Shown here: positions 49,001 through 64,000 of the stretch, one piece after another
How the letters are laid out: the number at the start of each line of letters is the position of its first letter
Numbering within the stretch: position 1 is the stretch's first letter
Assembly: GCF_009914755.1 (NCBI RefSeq)
Contig: NC_060927.1
Length of the DNA: 64,000 bases
Strand: one strand, 5' to 3'
From: the human T2T-CHM13v2.0 reference genome, Homo sapiens
Position numbers and translations under genes: made by a program
The notes under the pieces: model-generated
What the model was told of the DNA's origin: nothing
The model's input: only the letters and a program-made list of their open reading frames with translations
Databases searched by the model: none

Positions 49001-52000
49001 AACAGGAGGAAAATTGGAAAATGTACATCTATGTGGAAGTTAAACAACACAATTCTGAACAAAAAAAATGGGACAAAGAAGAAATAAAATGAAAAATTAG
49101 AAAATAACTTTAGACAAATTAAAGTGGAAACACAGTGTACCAAAACTTATGTGATATAGCAAAAGCAGTTCTAAGAGAAAATTTTATAGCAATAAGTCCC
49201 TAAAATAAGAAAGAAAAAGCTCTCAAATAAACAACCTAACTTTACAACTAAAAGGACTAGAAAAATTAAAACTTAAGCCCAAATTAGAAGAAGAAAAATT
49301 ATATAAAAATAGATACTAGGATGATGACAAAAAAGATTAATAAAACTAAAATTTGGTGTTTTGAAAATATTTTTAAAAATGAGAATCCCTTGATTAAGAA
49401 TAAAAGAGAAGACTCAAAATCAGAAAAGGGGAGAAATTACATTACAAGTAACACATAAAAACATTATAAGATGTATGCACAAAAATGAAAAATAAAAGTT
49501 TAATGATAAATAAATTTCATTAGAACTTGAATATATATATATATATATGTATGTATGTATTTTGGTACCACCATGAACAATCAGATGTAACAAATTGGAC
49601 AACCTAGAAAAAAATGGATAAATTCTTAGAGACATACAACCTACAAAAAATGAATCAAAATGAAATAGAAAGCTTGAAAAGACCAACACATAAAGAGATT
49701 GAATCAGTAATCAAAATCTTTAACACAGAAAAGTCCAGGACTTAATTAATTCATAGGTTAATTCCATGAAATACTTAAAGAAAAATTAACATTAATACTT
49801 TTTAAACGCTTCCAAAATAATAGAATGAAGGAGAACACTTCCAAACTCTTTTTATGATAAAAAAAAATCACCTTGATACAAAGACCAGGCAAAGACACTA
49901 CAATGAAAACAAACTATAAGCCAATATCCTTGATGAACATGGATTCAGTATTTTCCACAAAATACTAGCAAACTGAATTCAATAGCATATTACAAGAATC
50001 CTTCACTATGACCAACTGGGATTTATCCCCGGGATGGATGGATGATAGCTCACAAACAAATTAATAAATGACTCATTATTTTAACAGAATGAAAGATAAA
50101 TATCATATAATCATCCCAATAGATGGTGAACAAGCATTTTACAAAATTCGGTATCTTTTCAAGATAAAAATTCTCAACATACTACATAGAGAAGAAATGC
50201 ATTTCAACATAATAAAGACCATATATGACAAACCCACAGCTAGCATCATACTCAATAGTGAAAAACTGAAAACGATTACTCTAAGATTTACGAAAAGACA
50301 TCTTTGTGATGTCTTTGCCTGGTTTTACTCTCACCACCTCTATGTAATATACTACTGGAAAGCTTACCTAGAACAATTAGGTAACAAAAATGAATAACAC
50401 TATTTAAATTGGAAAGGAAGAAGTACAGTTGTCTCTGTTTATAACTGACAAATCTTATATGAAGACAATCCTAAAGACTTCATCAGAAAACTGTTAGAAC
50501 TAAAAGCAAGCAGTAAAGATTTTACTCTCACCATATCTATGTAATATACTACTGGAAAGCGTACCTAGAACAATTAGATAACAAAAATGAATAACACCAT
50601 TTAAATTGGAAAGGAAGAAGTACAGTTGTCTCTGTTTATAATTGACAACTCTTATATGAAGACAATCCTAAAGACTTCATTAGAAAACTGTTAGAACTAA
50701 AAGCATTCAGTAAAGTTGCAGGATACAAAATCAGCAAGCATACAAAAATCGGTAGTTTTTTATACTAACAAAGAACTATATGAAAAATAACAATTAAAAA
50801 TCTCATTTATAATAGCAAAAAAAGAAACTTACATTTAGGAATGAACGCAACAAAAAAGAGGTGAAACATCTATGTACTGATAACTACAAAATAGTGATGC
50901 AAGCAATTGGAGAAGACACATACAAATGAAAAGATACCCCAAGTTCATGAATTGGCAGTATTATTATTGTTACAATGCCCATACCACCTAAATTCACCTA
51001 TGGATTCAAGGCAATTCTTATAAAAATTCCAATGACATTTTTAACGGTATTAGAAAACACAATCTTAAAATATATAGAGAGCCACAAAAACCCTGAGTAG
51101 CCAAAGCAATTTTTTAGCAAAAGAATAAAGCTAGAGATATTACACTACCTGACACCAAAGGATGTTACAAAGTTATAGTAATCATAACAGCATGATGCTG
51201 GCATAAAAACAGACATAGAGACCAATGGAGCAGAATAGAGAGCCAAGAAAAAAAATCCACAAGTTAATGGCCAATTGATTTACAGTCATGCCAAGAACAT
51301 ACCTCAGGAAAAGACAATCTCTTCAATAAATGGTGTTGGACAACTGGATATACACATGTATAATAACGAAATGAAACTCTTTTTCAAAACCATATACAAA
51401 AATCAACTTCAAATGTATTAAAAACTTAAGTATAAAACTAAAAACTGTAAAACTACCAGAAAAAAATATAGGGCAAAGATTGACATTGATTTGGGCAATA
51501 CATTTTGGTTATGACTCCAAAAACACAAGCATCAGAAGCACCAACAGACAAACGGGATTTCATCAAACTAAAATCTCCTGCACAGCAAAGGAAACAATAA
51601 ACAGAATGAAGAGACAATCTACAAAATGGTAGACAATGTTTGGAAACCATGTATCCAATAAGGGTTTAATATCCAAAATATATAAGAACTTCAAATAGCT
51701 CAATTGCAAGAAAACAAATAATGAAATGATAATATGGACAAAGGACCAGAATAGACATTTTTCAAAAGAAGACCTACAAATGGCCAGCAGATATCTGAAA
51801 AAATGCTCAACATCACTAATAATCAGGGAAATGCAAATCAAAACCACAATGAAACACCAGTTTGCACCGGTTAAAATGGCTTTTAATAAAAATACAAAAG
51901 TTACCTAGTATTAGAGAGGATATAGAGAAAAGGGAACCCTTGTATACTGTTGGTGGGAGTGTATATGGGTAGCCATTATGAAAACTAGTATGGAGGATCC

Positions 52001-52745
52001 TGAAAACAATAAAAATAGAACTACTTTATGATCAGCAATTCCACTTATGGGTGTATATCCAAAGGAAATGAAATTAGTATCTTGAAGCGATATCTACACC
52101 CCTATATTCATGGCATGGTTATTTACAATAATCAGGATGTAGGATCAATGTATGTGTCCATCAATGGATCAATGGATAAAGAAAATGTGGTATATGTATA
52201 TATAAATATGTGTGTATGTGCACAAGCCTGTGTGTGTATATGATGGAGTACACTTCAGCCTTTAAAAAGAAAGAAATCCTCTCATTTGCAACAACATGGA
52301 TGAAGGAGGACATTATGCTAAGTAAAACAAGTCAGGCATAGACAAATACCGCATTCTCTCATATAAGGAATCACAAAAAGTCAAACCATAGAAGCAGAGA
52401 ATAGAATGGTGGTTGCCGGGAGGAGGGGTGGGTGGGGAATGAGGGGTTGTTGGACAGATGATACAAAGATTCATGAGAAAGGATGAATATATTCTGAAGA
52501 TCTGTTGTACAGCCTAGTGACTATAGTTAATTATAAGATATTGTGTTTTTGAAAACTTTTGAGAGTAAATGTTAAATGTTCTTACCACAAAAAATAACAA
52601 GAATGTGAAGTGATGGGTAGGTTAATTAACTTCGTTTAATCATTTCACAACTTATACCTGTAACAAAACATCACATTTTATGCTGTAAATATATGTGATT
52701 TTATTTGTCAATTATACCTCAATATAGCTAGGGAAAAGTAAAAAT
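46060..52745 (+). mobile_element. Near full-length L1MA8/9-type LINE-1 (5' UTR with degenerate repeats, ORF1, ORF2, 3' UTR; all disrupted)
   Basis: ORF1 remnant ~46960-47830. ORF2 start 'atggcagcagtaagtcc' near 48296. ORF2 fragments in the track (48848, 50068, 51726). 3' end 'tttatttgtcaattatacctcaatatagct'. Confidence 0.9.
50323..50716 (+). repeat. 197-bp direct tandem duplication (2 copies)
   Basis: Copies start at 50323 and 50520 (ttttactctcacca...cagtaaag); I count 10 mismatches (~95% identity). Confidence 0.96.
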
Positions 52746-52928
52746 AAGTTGAAAAATAAATTAAGCCAGACACAAAAGAAAAAAAAGGGGAATTTTGTTT
52801 CAAGAAAGCTGAAAAATCTGTGTATATAGTAGTTAATAAGTAGGATGGATGAGGAGATGAGACTTTCAGTTTTATTATTTGAACTCTTTTACTATGAACC
52901 GGCATTACTTTCAAGAGGCAATAGACGG

Positions 52929-53105
52929 TGAGGCATGGTGGCTCAAGCCTGTAATCCCAGCACTTTGGGAGGCTTAGGCCAGGAGTTTGAGACCAGCCTG
53001 GCCAACATGCTGAAAAATCTGTCTCTACTAAAAATACAAAAATTAGCCGGGCGTGTTGCAGTGAGCCAAGATCATGTCACTGCACTCCAGCCTGGGTGAC
53101 AGAGT
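52929..53105 (+). mobile_element. Internally deleted, tail-less AluS
   Basis: Left arm lacks about 20 nt; right arm jumps gggcgt|gttgcagtgagc; ends at gacagagt without an A-tail. Confidence 0.9.
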
Positions 53106-53109
53106 CCAG

Positions 53110-53680
<571 letters not shown>

Positions 53681-53898
53681 ATTATCTTCACTGTTTTAAA
53701 AAATATTTATAAAGTTTATATATATATCCAGATTTAAGAGCACCATTTTAATGTTTTGATAAATTTATACAAAGCTACCACAATTAAAAACAGAAAATTT
53801 GCATTACCACCAAGAAATTCGCTACTACCCTTTCTTTCAATCCCTATAGGGATACACTATTCTAATATATAATATTTTGTTACAGGCACATGTTTTCT

Positions 53899-56084
<2,186 letters not shown>

Positions 56085-56105
56085 TGTTACAGGCATATGT
56101 TTTCT

Positions 56106-60030
<3,925 letters not shown>

Positions 60031-60617
60031 AAGTTTTTATAGTGGCATATAGAGAGTTCATCGTGACTAGAGACATATGTATTCCTAACAGAGTTGAGAA
60101 CCTTAGTCAAGCTCAGGGAATTTAAAACTGAAGAAAGGTATAATATTTACGGAGGAGCAAGTTTTGATTTTCACTGGCTTAGGAGGACCTTTCAGTGACA
60201 CATATATTAAAAGTTTTGGCTACCAAGTGAAATAAGTTTAGGTAAGAAATTTAGGACCTGACAGGGACACAAACAAGCAATAATAGCAGCAACAACAACA
60301 GTAACAGCAAAACTGGACAGGGTGCTGATTAGATTCTTATAAGTTCCCTAATGGCATATATTAAATACTTGAAAGGTGCCCCCAGGGAGATTGTGCATGG
60401 CCAGATAATTCTCAAAAAAAAGTATGTGATGTGTCCTTCCCATATCTTACAACTATGCTGCATCAAAACTTTTCATTTGTATCCCAGCAACTGTTCCCTG
60501 AGCTGAGGAGCCACAGCATGAAGGCAACAGACATTCGAACTTTAGAGTTCCACCAGACAGAAATAGGGAAGAGTGAGAAGGTAAAACTGCTAAAAATTTA
60601 TATTTTGGATGTCCAGT

Positions 60618-60670
60618 TCTCTCTCTCTCTCTCTCACATACACACACACGCACACACGCACACACACACA
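60618..60670. repeat. Compound (TC)n(CA)n microsatellite
   Basis: tctctctctctctctctcacatacacacacacgcacacacgcacacacacaca. Confidence 0.9.
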
Positions 60671-61344
60671 GGCTTTCTCCTTGGTCAAATCTCACATGCA
60701 ATTCAGAATTGCAACATTAGGAACTTGGAGAGTGACACGAGTTTCATTTCTGGTATTAGATATTTTTATGATTATTTAACTCTCCCTGGTGAGAATTGGT
60801 TTTGATTAATTACTTTATGTCCTCAATGAAGGAGTGTTGGAAAACAATACCCCTTTACCCCCACTGACATAAAGCACATTAACCATGATCCTTTTTCCAG
60901 GATGTAAGCCTTATTCTTTAATTTGAGCTTCAAGTCACAAAAGTAAATCTGCTTTGTGAAGTCCTCCACTGCCCCTACATGCCAATGTATTCCATCATGT
61001 TTCTTTTAATTTTCCATCCCTGTATACATACTTCAAAGTTACAATCTTTTCTGTTCAACCTATATTCCACTCACATGGTGCCTTGCTTACTTTCCTGGCA
61101 GACATAACATTGGACATATGGCCATGGAACTCATACTCTATATTCCTAATTTGTTCTTCTGCTGAAACCCTTGACTATTTCCTAATTCCCTAGACTAGCT
61201 GAAAGAAAAGCCCTAAGAATTCCTTACACATTTTCTTCTTAGACTCTTATAGAACACATACTTCTGTTCCATTACTTTATTCCCAACTGGTTTTCATTTA
61301 ACCCTCCCAGACTTATTGCAACTCCTAAATAGAGAACATTTCTA

Positions 61345-61790
61345 TGTTAGTATGTGTCTCCTAGAAGCAGATGCCAAGATGGGATAAAATATACAAAGAC
61401 TTTATTAGAGGAAACCTTGTGAGAGAAAAGTGAGAAAGCAGCTGGGGAAGATCAAGAGAGCTGTCACACTGCAATGCAAGTCTGAGCCTGAGTGAAGAAG
61501 AGAGGGAGGGAAGGTTGGGTGTAAGTTTCTACTCTGTCTTGTAGTTTAGAGCACCTTCAGCAATGCCATCAGGGAGTCCTGTAGCCAGTCAGTCAGTAGA
61601 GCAGAGGTATCCCGTGTCTTACAGGACCATGAGTACCTCAGCAGAGCATAGTCGTTGACTAGGAGCAACCTGTAGGAACCATGATTTCAGCACAAGTTTG
61701 CTGATATATTTCTGAGCCCAATACTGGGACCCTTAGTCAATGAGACTTTTGGAGTTGGAAGGCTTAGAGGCACAATTCCTAACGCCGTCT
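61345..61790 (-). mobile_element. ERVL solo LTR (LTR16-family-like)
   Basis: 'agaagcagatgccaagatgggat...actttattagaggaaacc...gagagctgtcacactgcaatgcaagtctga' resembles antisense LTR16; AATAAA on the minus strand. Confidence 0.6.
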
Positions 61791-62614
61791 TCCACATCCT
61801 TTTCCAAAAAAGGAAAGAGATTGTGAATAAGGAGGTATACAATGTTGATACTGTTCTCTTTTCACTGAAGTCTCTGCTTGAACCATTTATCTGGTCGTAA
61901 ATGGCAGATGAATACAGGCCTAGGATTAGTGATTAATCTCTATCAGGGTAAAAGGAAGTGATAGTATTTTCAGAGTAAAAGTAGAAAAATAAAATAAAGG
62001 AAAACATCATCCAAAGTATTTAAAAATGCTCCTAAAGTCTTTTCAAGCCACAAATAAATTAATGCCATATATCTGCTCTAATTAAACCTAGCTTTTCTAA
62101 AGTATCAACATTAAGATAAATAGGAACAATTATTCATTTTGTTTTGCTTAATTATGTGTTGTATGTTTGAACCCATTTTTCATTATAAATGTGCAGTGTT
62201 TCAGACACATTCTGCTTAATATAGGCTTATATAAGTAACATGGGATCCTAACCATCATTTATGACATTTATGACATATAGGGAATTAATTCCAAGTTTCA
62301 AGTGATTAATTTATAAATGAGCTTTTGGGATACAACCTGTGTGCAAACTGGATATGTCTTATATCTTTCACAAGCATGCTATGTGATCTTTGCAAAATGT
62401 TTCCATCTCTATTAATTGAGCTATAACACTCCGAAGTAGAGAAGTAAGCAATAATTATCTTTTATTTCTTTTTTCTTTTTCTAAAATTCACATCTGGGTA
62501 CCCAGAAACCCCTCCCAAGGCTTCCCTCATTTTTTTTAGCCACCACCCCCAGTTTAAACTTAAACATACATGTTCTGCAGCAAAAGTTATTGTTCTTGAT
62601 TGAAAACAGAAGAG

Positions 62615-62800
62615 TAATTAACTTTGAAGAAGGAGTACTGACTGGGAGGAGACCTAATAGGGCTTCCTGGGATGTTGGAAATGTTCTGTATCTGTATGGG
62701 TTCATGCTTACATAGGTGTATATAAATGTAATAATCAGTTGAGCTCTCCATTTAAGATTTGTGAGGTTTATGTAATTATACTTGAATTAATTTTTAAAAA
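62615..62800 (+). mobile_element. Ancient L1M 3'-end fragment
   Basis: 'tgactgggaggag...ggcttcctgggatgttggaaatgttctgtatct...ttacataggtgtata...ttaagatttgtg'. Confidence 0.7.
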
Positions 62801-64000
62801 AACTTAACTGATATAAATTTAATAAGGAACTATATAGAATGATCAAAGATAATGAATAATTATTTATAGTTAAGTTTATCCCAGCTATAACATATCTATA
62901 TTTTAATCAACACTATTGTCAACTTTACCCCAAGACACTCATATAGAGTGACGCTAGTGTTTACAATTTTAAGTGCTGGTGATTGATTGATTGAAGAATT
63001 TATGTTTTAAAATGTTTTTAATATTTTGATGTTTTAAAATGTTTATTTTTGCATGTTTCAAATCAGCTGACTCAGCCTGACTGAGGGTGTTGCAATACTG
63101 AATTTGTTGAAGTTCACATTGCCAGCAAAGGCAGTAGTAGTAAGTAGATCTAGAATGCAGGAAGCTGTTCGTTAAGAGTTCTAAGAGAAAAATATAGTTG
63201 AAGATTACATTGCCTCAAATTGAAAGGATTAGACAAAGAGGCATTAGATAAGATCTTATCACTTTTGAAGGTAGAAATTTATTTCAGAAGCTGATGAAAA
63301 CTATTGACTTTTTCTCTTCAAAAAGGCACACATATACAGAGGCACAATTTTACATACAATTACCAGTATATTCACAGAGCACTTATCGCCCATTGATGAG
63401 CCACCTAAGGTTTTGTGGAAATCATACTAAAAATTCCTCTTCTAGACCCTTTGATATCCAAAATGTGTCAGGTACAATGATGTACAAACCAGAAGATAAT
63501 GCCCACAAGAAGTTGACTAGTAATCTTAGGGATAAGACACACACATCCATGAAACTATTAGTAAATGATTGGCACAGACCACAAGAGATTATTCTGTTTT
63601 AGGATGAAAACAAAACGTAATTTAGAACACTTTTTCAATAGTTTCCCTGTGTTTTGTATGGTGTACTTCTTATGTTTTTATTTTTTGTTTTATGATTTCA
63701 TCAGAGGTTATTTTTTCAGCGTTTATATAGATTAGAATTTACATACAATGGGTACATGAGGAACAGGTTCACAGAATGCAAAGTTCCTGGTGTATAGTTA
63801 AAAATGTTTGCAATATGGGCTTGCAATATCTCAAAGTCTGTTTCTTTTTCTCCTTGTTTTCAAGTAGAATAAAAAGTGAAGAGACTATGGGATATTCTCA
63901 AAGGCCCTACAAGTAATTCAAAAGACTTTGAATAATCGAATGTTTTTCAGGTTGGTGGTCATGTAAACTAGGTTGTACCCAGAATGAAACAGGTAGAAGT

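Overview
Primate (most likely human) genomic DNA, not prokaryotic. The only protein-coding signal I can support is a 67-nt minus-strand first exon (3011-3077). It encodes the signal peptide MRTYWLHSVWVLGFFLSLFSLQ(G), which I recognise as the alternative distal exon 1a of LSAMP (IgLON neural adhesion molecule). The exon lies in a CpG island with candidate CTCF, TATA-like, forkhead and REST/RE1 motifs, followed by Z-DNA/H-DNA/G4-prone repeats at the start of the intron. The rest of the window is upstream intergenic DNA made largely of transposable elements: MIR, L2, MER20/MER5, Alus, MaLR/ERVL LTRs, and an almost continuous, nested LINE-1 field from about 25.6 to 60 kb. All long ORFs in the track are L1/Alu remnants or noise. 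I found no new multi-gene system. The most informative structures are: a single L1PA insertion combining a twin-priming 5' inversion with a ~410-bp 3' transduction inside a 21-bp TSD (53878-56105); a 197-bp tandem duplication whose left edge carries an inverted templated insertion (50301-50716); a multi-level TE nest later cut by a deletion (29.6-36.2 kb); and a copy of MaLR internal sequence inside its own 5' LTR. Repeat subfamily calls are from memory of consensus sequences, and boundaries of old repeats are approximate.
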